Of a stretch of 64,000 bases of DNA, positions 26,223 to 38,976 are shown in pieces. Source of the stretch: Amoebophrya sp. A120 (taxonomy: Eukaryota; Protista; Dinoflagellata); NCBI GenBank assembly GCA_905178155.1, contig CAJINV010000011.1, positions 1,571,216 to 1,635,215 of the forward strand, written 5' to 3'. Positions within the stretch are counted from its first letter, which is position 1. Every line of letters begins with the position of its first letter. The notes beneath the pieces were generated by a model, which was not told the origin of the DNA, did no database searches, and saw only the letters and a program-made list of their open reading frames with translations. Made by a program: the position numbers and the translations under genes.

Positions 26223-29200
26223 ATGACTGGCGCGACCTCCTCCGCCGCTGCAAGAACTTCGGCTGGGGGCAAGAAGCCTGGTGACATCGCCCATCGCACG
26301 CTGGTATGAAAGCCTCAGAATGGATAAAATCCTCAAAGTGGAAATAATTTGTGATGCATGAAATGCGACGCAAAAACCCTGTATTGCAGCGGACGCATTG
26401 GAGGCCGACTATTGTGCTTCTATGGGTTCAGAATTGGGCTGCTGATGAGCACGACAGAAGGGCGCCTCTTTGCCTAATTAGCATGACAGACACGTTTTGA
26501 GTGCCCGGGAAATTTGTCGTGCGCCGACTAGAAATGGTGCTTCAACTGGAGTCGGTTTTTTGCATTACAAATTATTTTCACTTTGAGGATTTCCAACCTG
26601 AGGCTTTTATAGCTGGACGATCTGCACTTCGACGTGATTGTGCTTAGACGGAGCAGTGTGGTCGTCCCAGAAGGCGAGGACAAAAATGCGGGCGGTACTT
26701 CTGTGTCCTCTAAGCAGCTGTCCCCACCAGAATACGACATCATGTACCTAGACGATCACACCCTGGAATATGGGATTCTCAAACGTTACGTTCTCAACTG
26801 TTACATGAATTTGTCATGCAGAAGCTCCATAAGCATCTACTACATGATCAAGCTGCTTCGCATGAAAAATTTGCGAAGGGCTAAAAAGCGGCTAAATCAG
26901 TGCGGAACTTGTAATGCTACAGATGCAGCGTCCCCCTTTTGACTTTTGCTAGTCTTGCATTGCACATTCGTGTAACAGTTGAGAATGTAACGGTTGAGAA
27001 CGCCATATGGAATGCAATGTGCCCGCGGAAGAGCTTCAGAGCACCGATGATGATGATACGCAACAAAAAATTAAGGAACACCTACACGACGACGTACAAA
27101 CTGCATCGCAAATTCATTTTCCAGCCTACACTAGCATGCGACTCCCAGTTGTCATGCTGAATAGGATAATATAAAGGAAACACAATTTTGCCATGCAGAC
27201 ACCGCTTTTTTTGTACGTCGTGTACGGGAAATTTACTCAGTATAGATCAAGATAAAACGACAGAAACGACCTCCATCAGACCCCGTCCCATGATGCGGTT
27301 TGACGCCGACGACTTGCTGCAGGTCGGGCTACAGAAGCTGCAAGAAAAATATGGGCCACAGAAGAGCTCAGGCACGACCGATACAGGGAAGAAAACCTCC
27401 TCACAAGTTGTTGCACCGGCACAGAAAGGAGCCTTATGGATTGCAAATATGTCTGGGTCTCGAAGATTCTAAACTTGTAATGCTGTCTGTGGACTCTAAA
27501 AAAGTTTGGATTGCATGACGAGCAAGAGGACTCCAGTTTGTGCTACGCGGAGAGGCCATTTCTCATGCGGTAGAGGTATCGCAAAGCGCTCTAAAAATCT
27601 GTGATGCTACGGCATCCATAACAGACATCACGGGTCATGGAAAATAGGCATGACAAATCTAGAAATCTTCCAGACCCAGACATTTTTGCAATCCATAAGC
27701 CTGCAGTCCACACGATTTCTCCCCCCAGCGGGAACGGTCTAGCAGCCAACGGCGGCCGCATATGGAAGTGTCAGGATCGAAATCGACAAAGACAAAGTTG
27801 AAATACTTTGTGATGCATAAAGCGGATCACAGTTGGCGGCCAGTTTCCAAGCGGCGCATGACAAATTTGGGTAGAACCTAAATCCAGTTTGTCGTGCTGT
27901 TTGGGTAAGGAAGACGGCTTTTGTCATGCTAGTTTAGCAGCTCGCTTTCTACCCGTCAGCAGGCTTTTTACAATCTGCCTCACTTGCCTACTCTGCAAGA
28001 CAGGCATTTTGTGGCTTGTATTTTATGTATGACAAATTATTTCAACTCTGACGATTTCGATCCTGACGCCTCCATATCGCAGTCCGCGACCGTAACACGC
28101 AGCGGAACGAGCGGAGTGCAGTGGAACGGGAGAAGGTACAAAGACTTGATCGACGGGACCAAGATTGTCACTTACGTGGACGTATGCATTGTCAACACAA
28201 TAAAAGTATTTTGTACTGGAACTGGAGGCGTATGAATTTTTGCATTACAATTTTTATTTTGACGAACACAGACGATATGCAATTTGGAGTGCCGATATAA
28301 TCCCTTTAGATGATGATGACCATGGATCATCTGTCATGCGCGAGGACTGCAATTACTACGATGAGCACGATGCTTTTGTAGAGTATACGACGGGAAGCCA
28401 CCGCCGTCCAGTAGCTTATGCATTGCGAATGTGCCTGCGTCTGGAAAGGTGGAACCTGTATTGCGTGTCTTGGATTCCTGCAAAATCTGTATTGCGTGAC
28501 CAAGAAATAAAGCGCGCATGACCAGCAAATAAATCTGTCCTGCAGAAGCGCAGGCTCTAATGCGCAGTACGCTTCACCAGAAGGCTTCCTTAGAATTTGT
28601 CATGCTTGGCTGCGCTCAGGAGTATGGTCAATCGATGCCACTCAGCATCACAGGTTTCCAGACCCAGACATTACATTTGCGTTTGATATAGCTCCGCATC
28701 GGATGACGAGGGTGAGGGGGAAGGCGGAAAAATATCAAGAAGAAAAATCCCCCCTCCCCATATCAAGACGGAAATCTGTGATGCAGATTTTTGGTCACAA
28801 ATCAGCTTTGTCATGCTACAAGGGAAAAGATGCGGACTGTAGTGCTGGGTGGCGTGGGAAAGCCTTGCATCTTCAGCATGACAGGAGGCAGCTGGAAGTG
28901 GGGAACAGCGCGACAAATTGCCTGCAAGCGAGGCCACAACTGCAGCTCTTGGCCTTCTAGCAATACAAGTCTATTTGTGTACTCAAATAACGCATCACAA
29001 ATTTCGTTTTCGATATGGGGAGGGGGGATTTTTCCTTTTGATAAAAAAGGAGTCCCAGCGGGTCTCCGAAGCAACGCGGGGGCGGAACGAGTAGGAGCGG
29101 GAATAAATCACGGCATGATCAACGTCGGAATAGAGATGAAATGGCAGCGGGAGCAGGTGCAATGAGATTTTCTTTTGTATAGTTGATGGGATGATGTATT

Positions 29201-31012
29201 AAGTAGTCGCTGTGCTGGAAATTATAGCATAAAGAACAACTACTACGGACATCATACTTACATTATTTATATAGCACTCATGGGCTCCTCCTGCAGGTGC
29301 TTTCCTGTATCTGCATGTATTTCTCAAATAAACCAAGCCAGGTTTCGACGCCGATGGGAATTTTGTGGATTCGGACGGAATATGAATTGCAAAAGTATCG
29401 TACTATTCGTATAAATGCATTGCAAATTTCCTCAGCATGAGAAATAATTTATACGAGTGCGATACTTTTACACAGGATACGGAAACGTAGTGGATGACGA
29501 GGACGACGTATGCAAAGAAAATAGTGTTACAGTTACACATGATTGTGTTGCAGAACGCGCAACAGAGACATCCTCTCTCAAGCCGGAAAGGCATGTGTGC
29601 CTCGTTTCATGCGTGTTTTATTCCCGTATGATCTCTGCATTGCAAATTTCCTCTCTCATGCAGAGAAAATTTGTCTTGCTGAATTGCCAACAAATGTGTA
29701 AAAACTGTATTACATTTTTTTCGTTGGATACGACGAGATGCTGGGCTTCAACAGAAACAACCAAGAAAGCCGCCCCTTCGGGCTATGAATTGCAATTGGG
29801 AAATTATCGTACTAGTAGCCATTGCATTTTTGCAAATTAGCTCAGCATGATCATGACACAGAACATTTGTCATGCAGATTTAGCTCCTTGTGGTCCTTGG
29901 ACAGAAGATTTTTCCGTTTCATTCAAGACTGCGATTACTACGAGTGCGATGCTTGTTTTGAACAGGATACGAGCAAGCCGGCATTGAAAGAATTCTGAAC
30001 GAAAAGAAGACTATCGAATGCAAATATGTCATCTGGGTCTGGATATTCCGAGATTTGTCTAGTCTGGCATGACTCTGAACTCTGTAGTGCGTGGCCGCAA
30101 AGAGCCCCTCTTGCCTGTCATGCAAAGACGCAGTTTCTCTATCTCTTCATGCGGAGTACGCAACCCAGAACCACGGAAAAACTTGCTATGCTGGGCAGCG
30201 CATTGCAGCGTGCTCATTATTCCTTTCCTTGCATCACAAGTTTCAGACCCAGACATATTTGCAATGCATAAAGACTTACGAGTTGCAACAGCAAAGTGCG
30301 AATTCTTCCAGGCCGAATTCCAGTGTATGCATTGCAAATATGTCTGGGTCTGGAAAGGTGAAACTTGTGATGCTGCTTTTGGATTCCAAAAAGATCTGTC
30401 TTGCCTGAGCAGCAAGAGAAGTCTAGTAGTTTTTGTTACGCGAACAGGGCACTTGTCATGCGGGATAGGCACCAAGTTCAAGAAGCACTCAGAAAGTCTG
30501 TGAAGATGCTAGGGAATGCATCACAGACGTCACGGGTCATGTAAAATCTGCATGACAAGTTACACCCTACTTCCAGACCCAGACATATTTGCAATACATA
30601 CAGTGCCGGGACTAACAACAGTTACTTGGAATCCGACCTGGAGCTCCGGTCGCTGGCATCCGAACAGTCGGGGGTTGGCTTCCGTGGGGTGCAGAGTCTG
30701 AATATGCACTGCAAATATGTCTGCGTCTGGAATAAACCTGTCTGTGATGCTGAATTGAGCATGATTGAAGCGCTTGCAATGGCTGCCAAACATGGCAAGT
30801 TTTTGAGACGCCTGCTGATGCCTAGCACGCGTCACGAATTTTCGCGTTTTTGCATGACGAAGGAAGCTCCTCATGTGCTGTTCATGCAACACAGATTTTC
30901 TAGGAATGCAAGACACGCATCCCAAGTTCCACTGTTCCAGACCCAGAGATATTTGCATTTGATACTGAAAAAAGAAAAGCAAAATAAAGTAGCCACCGTT
31001 GAGGACTCGTGA
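26223..31012 (+). CDS. ~376-aa hypothetical protein with possible N-terminal Tudor-like fold; 14 IE introns plus GT-AG intron 29157-29341
   Basis: Manual splice gives a 1131-nt continuous frame MTGATSS..YDIMYLDDHTLECNVPAEEL..ATVEDS*. Tudor-like call is a weak visual resemblance only. Confidence 0.7.
26305..26611. mobile_element. Introner, family C (opposite orientation to 9126)
   Basis: TIR aaagcctcag; DR gctgg. Confidence 0.9.
26769..27007. mobile_element. Introner, family G
   Basis: TIR ttctcaa.cgttac.ttctcaactgttaca; DR tggaa. Confidence 0.9.
27057..27244. mobile_element. Introner, family I
   Basis: TIR tacacgac..cgtacaaa; DR gatga/gatca. Confidence 0.8.
27435..27697. mobile_element. 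Introner, family B
   Basis: TIR tatggattgcaaa.atgtctgggtct; DR agcct. Confidence 0.92.
27761..28076. mobile_element. Introner, family F
   Basis: TIR gtcaggatcgaaatcg; DR ccgca/tcgca. Confidence 0.9.
28183..28387. mobile_element. Introner, family A-like (degenerate)
   Basis: TAT..ATA ends; DR ggacg/cgacg. Confidence 0.75.
28417..28688. mobile_element. Introner, family B
   Basis: TIR gtctggaaa; DR tagct. Confidence 0.88.
28733..29043. mobile_element. Introner, family E
   Basis: TIR gaaaaatccccctccccatatc; DR aaaaa. Confidence 0.9.
29381..29479. mobile_element. Introner, family A (shortest, 99 bp)
   Basis: TIR aaaagtatcg.act; DR cggaa. Confidence 0.9.
29509..29730. mobile_element. Introner, family J
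   Basis: TIR tgt.atacagtt-like; DR cgacg. Confidence 0.85.
29784..29969. mobile_element. Introner, family A (degenerate)
   Basis: TAT..ATA ends; DR cgggc/cgagc. Confidence 0.8.
30012..30270. mobile_element. Introner, family B
   Basis: TIR tgcaaatatgtc..tgggtctg; DR aagac. Confidence 0.9.
30326..30600. mobile_element. Introner, family B
   Basis: TIR attgcaaatatgtctgggtctggaa; DR cagtg. Confidence 0.92.
30703..30964. mobile_element. Introner, family B
   Basis: TIR tgcaaatat.tctg.gtctggaa; DR ctgaa. Confidence 0.9.
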
Positions 31013-32181
31013 AACAAGACTACACCTGTGTGGTAGTAGCTGTAAAAAGAAACTGAGAAAATATAAATCATCTGGTAACCAAATGCGTGCGCCGACCATC
31101 ATCCTCAGCATGGCGCAATTTTTGCCTCTCTACATTTCATCTGGCGCAAGCGCAACTCCAAAGGAGATGGCACTTCGAAAGCACGTTTCTTGCAACGGGT
31201 ATGGCTGCAGCTAATCAAGTTGACGAAATAATGACACAAAACACTGCGATACTACCTCCTGCTCGACGTACACCAGCAGTACCTCTTGAAAAACTGATAG
31301 AACGACATATGTGTTCTAGATATAATTGATCTTACTCGAAAAAGGACAAGCTCAGTTTACAGCCACACCGTGCTGGTGTCTTCACGTATCGCTGCTATGT
31401 CAGGAGCACACGCAGTTTTGCAGCTCGTTTGATCACAAAGCTGTTTTTTTTTTGTTTTCGGCGAACGGATCTTTTCGTAGATTTTTTTGGCGGGGGCATT
31501 TTTGATTTCTGTTGCACTTCGTCAATTATAATGTCATCAACGAAATAAAAGAGCAGCTCCTGCAGCGTACTTACAAAGATCTACTTTTTATCGCGGCAGT
31601 ATTAAAAAAGATCGTGAAATGGGACACACTAGGGGGGGGGGGCGGCAGGCCGCGGCAGCGTCTGAGTCTGCTACGTCCTGCTCCCATTGCAAGCAGCAGT
31701 AATCGATAAGAACCCTCAAGCGGAAGCATCAACGAGATGAAGAAATAACCCGAAAGAAGACGAGTGACACAGAAGAAGAAAGTGTCGCGCGAAAGAAAAG
31801 TGCCCGACAACGAACAAGAAGAAGAAATTTAGGACCAAATATGGGAAAAAGGTCGCTCTCGCTTCCGAAAGCGCAGACTTGCGAGTTCCCCGCAGGTACG
31901 TCTACATTTTGGAGTCATGGAAGTAGTATTTTTTGCGAATATAACTACCGGGAAAAACAAAAAGCTTAGCTGTATACAGTTTCATCTTTAGGAGCAGTTT
32001 AAAGAAGTTCGGAATAATTATGCTGACCTTTACCTCTTTTTTTATTGCAACAGGAGGAGGACCAGTGAGAAAAGGCACAGAAGAACCTGCTCGCAGCGCG
32101 AGGCGCTAGAATCCGCATTTACGAATTACGCCGGTTCTAAAGGCCTACACCACTTTCGTCCGTACGCATCCGTGGATCGCG

Positions 32182-35100
32182 ATGAGGGCTTTTACCGCGA
32201 CGATAAAAAAGGACCGACGTCGGCGCCGGAGAGTCCCCGAGATGGTTCCGTCAACGCCAACGCGCGGAAGAAGACGTGGCGCGGCCGCGCAAGTGTGCTA
32301 TTTCGTCCTCGGCTACGTCTATCACTACGAGCGCACAAGCACGGTCGTCGGGTACGGTGCCTATCAAATGCAAATTGTAATGTCTGGGTCGTCTGGAAGG
32401 TTGGAACTTGTTAGTGCTAGTTCTCCATATTATCTAGGAAATATGTATTGCATAGCCAACGAAAGTCGCAGTCTCTTTTGTACATGCAAGAACGCAGTTA
32501 GTTTCTCATGCGGATTGCCTATGAGAAAGTGTTCTGAAAATAAGGTGTCATGCTGTGATGCATTCGGAACTGTTTCCATCATCCACATTTTAGCATCACA
32601 AGTTTCCATATCCCGGACATACTTATTTGCATTGCATAGCGCCACGGCTGCTACAACAGAAACTGGACCACGAACTCCACAGCACGAGAGCAAACGTGCC
32701 GACGGGGGAATAGATCGCACCAGCCAGGGGAGGTCGTGGAAAAGAGCCAGACGTGTATCTTCGACTGGTGGTGTGAAGGATGAAGACGACGTGGATGTCG
32801 CCCTCCCCTGCGAGATGAAGCAGGTCTCTGCGAGCACCAGTTCCTGCAGCACATCAATGCTGGTGCCCGTCTTAAGTAGAGCCCGCAGCTGCGGCGCTGC
32901 AGGCTTATTCCCCAACGCGGCTTGCGCGAAGAAAAAGATGATGAACGCTCTCGACGCAAGGGCTGGGGGCCGCGGCTATGCATTGCAAATACCAATCTGG
33001 GTCTGGAAAGGTGGAACTTGTGAATGCGTGTCTTGCACCTGGCATATCTGTGTTGCAAGAGCAGCAAGAAATGGGTAGCTCTCCTTGTCATGCAGAAAAG
33101 GTATTTGTAATGCGTGTAGTTAGGTAAAAATAAATATCAGAAGGCATCCCCAAAGCTTGTCCTCATGCTTGGCTGCAAGATGACTTGCAAGCATTGCAGC
33201 CATGCGCCAAAAATTAGCATGATTACATACAGGTTCTTTCCAGACCTAGACATGTTTGCATTTGATAGCGGCTTTCTCGACGGCGCAAAGATGTGGGCTC
33301 AACACGCCGGGCGAAAAGATCATTTTCTTCAAGGTGCCCCCACAGCTGCTGCACTTCGAACAATGGGGTCAGTACAGGAAGACGGGTTTTCATCAGCACC
33401 AGATGCTGCGGAATTCGACGTGCCCTGGAGAAAGCAGCTTCGCGGCGCACAGCGCAGTGAATGTGAAAAAGGCGTCTTTTGCAGCAAGCACGTGCTGCCC
33501 ATCAACACACCGGCTGACGATGAAGCTGAAGACTTGGAGCTCGTAACCGCAAATATTTCGGAAGTTTCACTAGGAAACTCCGCCCCGCGGCCGATCTTCG
33601 ACGATTCCTATTACAAGGAGACAAAGTGTCCCCACGAGGACCCCGGATGAAGTTGGAAATGCGAAAATTTATGATGCATAAGGTTTACAACTGAAAATCT
33701 TTTTGTTGGTACTCGTATACATGAAAAGACCAAATGAGCCTTTCTGATGCAGAACCTACGTACACTGAGCAAGGCATTTTTTACATATCAGGCCCGGCTG
33801 TTGCTGGGCGTTTCTGCAACACAAATTTTAGCCATTCCACATTGAAAATTTGTGACGCTGCAACATGGACTAACATAGGGAGTGTTTTCATGATTGGATA
33901 GCTTTGCAATAAAAGTGCTGCCAAGTTCTGGGGTGGGGGCATTTTTCATTGTAATACTTCCGCGCCCGTGTTGTCCTTCGACCGGTCTCAGACCGCAATC
34001 AACCTGCGGGAGAACAACAGGGGAGGTAGCGCTGTAATTCACTCGTCCGCGGCAAGTAGAAGTCCTAGGGCTAGTGCAACCGCGAAAAGGCGGAGGACAT
34101 TAGCATGCCCATGCTCATTCCTACTTACTGCACCTCTCCTGTGCGCGACAGGCGCTTTCGCTCCGTCGACGCTAGCTGAGCCTCCCACGACCCGACTGTC
34201 ACAGCAGGAGCACTTTATCCCGTGTGACAACGTCCCCAACTCCCCAGAGTCAAGATGGCGACTTTGCTCCAGAAAGCAGCAAGTTTTGGCTGTAGTTGCT
34301 GAATGATCTTCGTGGTGTTCTTGCGCATCAGAAACATACCACGCGTGATGCCACTTTATTTTCATGAGACTTGTCTTGGTTGGTGGGGAGGCTTTTACGC
34401 ACGAGACACTTTGAACAACACTTGTTATCAGAATTGCGGAGCATTGTGCACCGGAACGAGCCGATCGTGGATCACCCGCCGGGCGTTTTCGATGCGGGCA
34501 TTTTCGACGACGAAGGCCCGTCTTTCTGGCGGAGAACCACAGAGGACGTGGTGGAGGGTAAGGATATATCAAATGCAAATAAAAATATGTCTGGGTCTAG
34601 AAGATAAAGATTGGGATTGCCAGGTTTGTCATGCATCTTTTGCATGGCCCTTGATGCCTGTAATGCGTGACCTAGGATCTTCGGTTCGGAACGCCCCGCG
34701 CCCTTTTTAGAACAAACGTTTATGATGGCCGTACTGTGGGTGGAGCGTAAGTCAGTTTTTAGAACCCAACCTGCGTGCTAGCAGCGGGCTAGCGGGCTGC
34801 GGACCCGCAGGAACGCGCTGACACGTTCGCACCGAAGTGGTAGGCCCTCAGCTGAAGTATGTACGCGGTATGGCTTCGATCTAGAAGTGGGCCCATCCGT
34901 TCGGCTCGTAGGAGAACTTAGCCCAACAACGAGGCTCGCCATTATATGTATAAGCGTTGAGCTACCTCTACCTGGCCGGCGAGGCACTACCGCCGATCCG
35001 CCGATGATGATGACCTAGGATAAAGGTCTCCTGATGCCTATTCCTATTCGGCATGAGAAATTCCCTCCCCGCCGCGTAGCACAAACTGGACTCCTCTTAC

Positions 35101-36400
35101 GGGTCACGCACTTCTACAAATTTTTTTAGAATCGTCCAAAGACAGCACTAACCTTCCAGACCCAGACATAAATATTTGCAATGCATTGAATCACATCGCT
35201 GGCTCGACACAGAATTTTTCAGCAGGTGATAACATCGATGTGGAAGAAGTAGAGCCCCAAACACCAGTTCCTGAGTTTTTGCCCGGGAGCGTCCTCGGCG
35301 AAGGCAATGAAGCCAGCGCGTTTTATTTTGGCCGGAAAAATAACAACTCCATGTGGCGTCGTCCGCTCGGGGCCGCCAGCGACCTTCTTGGAGAAAATAC
35401 TACGCGTAGGACCACCGCCGCTGGGATTGACAACGATGACCCGGCGGGCGCACGACACGAGCAACTTCTACACCGAGCGCGCGCGCTCCTTCGTAGGCCT
35501 GGAGAGCACCGCGCTCCCGGTCCTCGAGAGGTGGGGGTGATGAATATGCAGGAAGCAAGCCGAGAAGTCAGAACAAGCGAACGCACTATATCTGTTTCGC
35601 CCAGTGAGATTGACGAAGGCGGCTCGCAGCTAGTACCTCGTTCCAGCGCGGATCACTGGCAGTGGCCTGCTCGGGGGCTGCGTCGTAGTTCCAGCGCGGT
35701 TCCTCTGCAGCCGCCGACCCCTGCTGGTGGTGCCACCGCGAGTCGTGCAGACGGGATTCCTCCCCTCGAATTACCGCCTGCATATCAGTGGCCTGCTCGG
35801 GGGCTGCTCCAGGCTTCCCGACCGGAGCAGCGGGCGGCAGACGGAAAAGAAGAAAAACGGCCTGCGAGTCCCGGGGGCTTGACCGACTTGTCGGATCAGA
35901 GCGAGTGGGAAATAACGGAGAAATCCTCCTCCACTGCGGAGGATGAACAGGACCACAACCAGATGGACCACCATCAACCTCCCCCGTTTTTGTTGTCTAC
36001 TACAGCAGTTGCTCTTGCTGCCTCCGGTAGGCGACCGGGCTTGTTTGCCTCTTCCAGGTCCGCGCCCGGAGAAAGTTCGCTGCCGCACCAGGAGGAGCGT
36101 GACGGACACGAGCACACGAGTTTCATGGCGAGGCAGCTGCCCCTTCGTCCCCCTCCCCAATCCTGGTCGCGCCGGCAGGAAGAAGCGGGAGCGAGTAGCG
36201 CTAGCACTCGTCCAGGGCGGTGGTACGAGCATGATCAGGGCGCGGGGGCTAGGGGAAGGAGTTGCGCATTTAATGGCAGGGATGTTGTTGCAGCGCTTGA
36301 GGACCGCAGCAGGACCCCCTCGCTAGGGGGCGCCTTTTCAGCACGTAGCTGGGGTTCGAACAACAGCGAGTCCCTCGGGGAAGAAGGTGCTATGAAGTAA
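32182..36400 (+). CDS. Hypothetical low-complexity protein with 4 IE introns; start uncertain
   Basis: ORFs 32182, 33165, 33968, 34371 and 35186 join in frame across the IEs; one conventional intron is assumed near 34.3-34.4 kb. Confidence 0.45.
32362..32638. mobile_element. Introner, family B
   Basis: TIR aatgcaaat..atgtc.ggg; DR gtgcc/gcgcc. Confidence 0.85.
32977..33267. mobile_element. Introner, family B
   Basis: TIR tct.ggtctggaaag; DR gcggc. Confidence 0.88.
33609..33956. mobile_element. Introner, singleton family in this window
   Basis: TIR tattacaa.ga.a.a..tg.cccc; DR attcc/cttcc. Confidence 0.8.
34567..35187. mobile_element. Introner, family B, enlarged by a nested insert
   Basis: TIR tatgtctgggtct.gaag (right end att); DR ggata/gaatc. 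Confidence 0.8.
34679..35010 (+). mobile_element. SINE-like insert nested in an introner
   Basis: 11-bp duplication tgacctaggat (34668-34678 and 35011-35021); (GAT)n 3' tail; removal restores a 278-bp family-B-sized element. Confidence 0.7.
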
Positions 36401-37369
36401 ATTTGATTTTCGCTTTATTTATAGTTTGCGTCCGAAAAACCAAAAATACAACGAACTCATTTTTGATCGTTCAACGCTTCAAGAACCAAAAGAACATAGA
36501 AGTTCATCATCCAGAGACACCAACTTCTTTCGAAGGTAGTCCGGAAGCGGAACTCCAGGAGGTGGGCAGTACTAGTACGCGAGTGGACACCTTCGATTCC
36601 CTACCCGCGGACCACGACAACGATACTAATGATATCCTTGAAAGCGTGGAGGGCCTAGCGCAGCTAAGGCTGACGGCGCCGGGAGACAGCAATGACGTGG
36701 CGAACCTTCCAGCAGTAGGCGTTGTTCTTCCCACTGGTGGAGCAGCGGACCACCATTTACGATATGACGATGCCGGCGCCCCCTCTACAGCCGGCCCGAC
36801 CTGCGAACCAGGAGGTGCTTCGCCAGCAGCTTTCGGACACCTTGACCTTCCCGAGGCTGCGTTAGGCGGGTGATGCTTTTCATTTATTTTTAGCGTGGAA
36901 GCTACTTCACGTCGGCTATCCTGTCTTCCCACACCGAGCCGTGAAAGAACAAAAGAATCTGTGAAGAATGTTTTTTGATGAAAAACGTTTTTTCTCTTCG
37001 AGCGAAATCAAGCATGAGAAGCTTGCGAAGAAACGAATGAAAGAACGAAATGAAACAACCTGTACATTCCAATTTTCCAGTCTTTTGTGGGTATCTCAAC
37101 GAATGCGACCGTGCACAACTCGAAGCGAGTTTTATACTTTTCTGTTGTTCGAGTGGTCGGTCCAACATATCCTACAGCTACAGAAAAGTACACGACTCAT
37201 AGCGGCCTTTCAGAAAATTATATTTGTGGTGCAGTTTTTTATGTGACGAAAAACAAAGTATTAGCTGCTCTTGTCTGCTGTTTCGTTCACAGATTTTCTT
37301 GGTACCTCTCTGTTCGCGATTTGGAGTTTCGGACTTTCGTAATAGCAGATTTTTATTTGCACTTGTAGT

Positions 37370-38976
37370 CAACTTTTTGAAAATCCTGGGCGATTACGAC
37401 GACACCGAGTTTCACAACTTGCACCAATTCAAAATCCTAACAGCTGACCACAATCCAAAAGAAGCGCATAACAAAGTTTCTGTGATGGAACCAGGCATAC
37501 CTGATTTTTTTCATGCCCCGGTGTCATTCAGTTTGCAAGAGGGTCGTGACTATGATTTTAATGTTAATATTCACAATGTCCAACCTGGTAAACTTATTGG
37601 GGGTGGTGCCTATGAAACTTCAAAAAAATCTCTCGATGATGTGAAGGCTCTCCTTGCAGACCGTGTGGCCCCTGCCTTGCGCACGTGTATTTTTGATGCC
37701 AAACGACTCTCGTATTTGTATCCGTCTCCCAAGTTACATAAACTGCCTGTGATACAATTCAGACCGATTTGTTCTGCAACAGATAAAACTCCCATATCTG
37801 CATTAAGTGATTGTTTGAAAGACTGTTTGGATTTTGTGTTAACTAAAATCCCACAGGGATTCCGGGTGAAAGATTCCGTGGGTGCTAGAAAGAAAATTTG
37901 TCAAGGCGCACACAGGTCTTTTTACAAAGGAGATTTCAGTAGTATGTACACAAAATTAAAACATAGCACTTTGATCAAATTACTTAATTCTCAAATGCAT
38001 AATGTCTTGCATCAGCATCGCAATGATTATTTTTTGTTTTATAAAAGTGGTATGAAAATCTCCAAATCTCTCCCGTCATGCCGAAACAATGTGAAGTTTG
38101 TGTTGCGGTATTCCGATTTGTATCAAATTATGAAGACTTGTGTAACGTGTAACTATGTATGTGTAGCTGGTGTGACATTGTTACAAAAAATTGGCATACC
38201 AATGGGTTTGTCAAGCGCAAATTCCATTATAGATACCTGCTTATGTGCACTTGAAGCAAACTTTTTATCTTCCCTAAGTTCAGCAGAACGCCAGCGCTAC
38301 AAGGGGACTTGTCGTTTCGTAGACGACATTATTTCGGAGAACACCAACTTCGTGACGAGTTGGAAAGCCATCTACTCCGACACGGGACTCACCCTAGAGT
38401 GTGAATCAATGGGAGACTCTGCGGTTTTTCTAGACCTCGAATTAACAATAAATAAAAAACACTGTCTACTTCAAGACGTTTTCTAAAAATAGTCTTTTTA
38501 ATTTCGCTGTAAACCGCTACGTCACAGGCCGTTCGTGTATATCAAAAAGTGCAATTTTTTCTAGTTTTTGTGGTAGTTTTTTACGTTTTTATGCTAACAA
38601 TAACTTAGCCTTGTTTTTCTTTAGAGAAATAGCAGAGCTCATTCTCAGAATGAAACCTCTGCTCTCTTTTAACATTTTCCGCAAGACAGTAGATATTTTA
38701 ATTAGTCGCCACTGCGAAAACAAGTGGCTAGACAGTGTTTCTCTCCGCCGTGTCCTCTTGACATTCTGCATGCAAGTATTGGAATTCAAATTCCAGTATT
38801 TGATTGTCGATCCTCATCCTTATCCTCCATTTTACATCTCAATCCCTAAATTCCCTCGCAGCCTTTTGTATGGCGGATCCTCCTTTTTACATGCTATGTA
38901 TTTTCTAGATCCTTTGCCCTTTGCATCTGCTGCCCTGAGGGAAGCACACATCAAATTTTATATCCTTAAAATTTGA
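37370..38976 (+). pseudogene. Penelope-like reverse transcriptase with one frameshift near 38455
   Basis: Motifs LYPSPKLHK..FRPICS, GDFSSMYT, QKIGIPMG, CRFVDD, FLDLEL. Thumb region (NTVYFKTFSK..RY..SC) continues in the +1 frame to 38976. No GIY-YIG endonuclease seen. Confidence 0.85.

Noticed and set aside
27289-27345. MRFDADDLLQ resembling LEFNYDDLLQ at 46200
   Set aside because: Too short, with no further similarity between the two proteins.
31841-32110. Possible first exon with GT-AG intron 31896-32053 for the 32-kb gene
   Set aside because: The ATG frame hits a stop after the acceptor; no consistent model could be built.
36403-36873. 156-codon ORF after the 35186-36400 exon
   Set aside because: No ATG start or recognisable domain; may be a further exon but cannot be supported.
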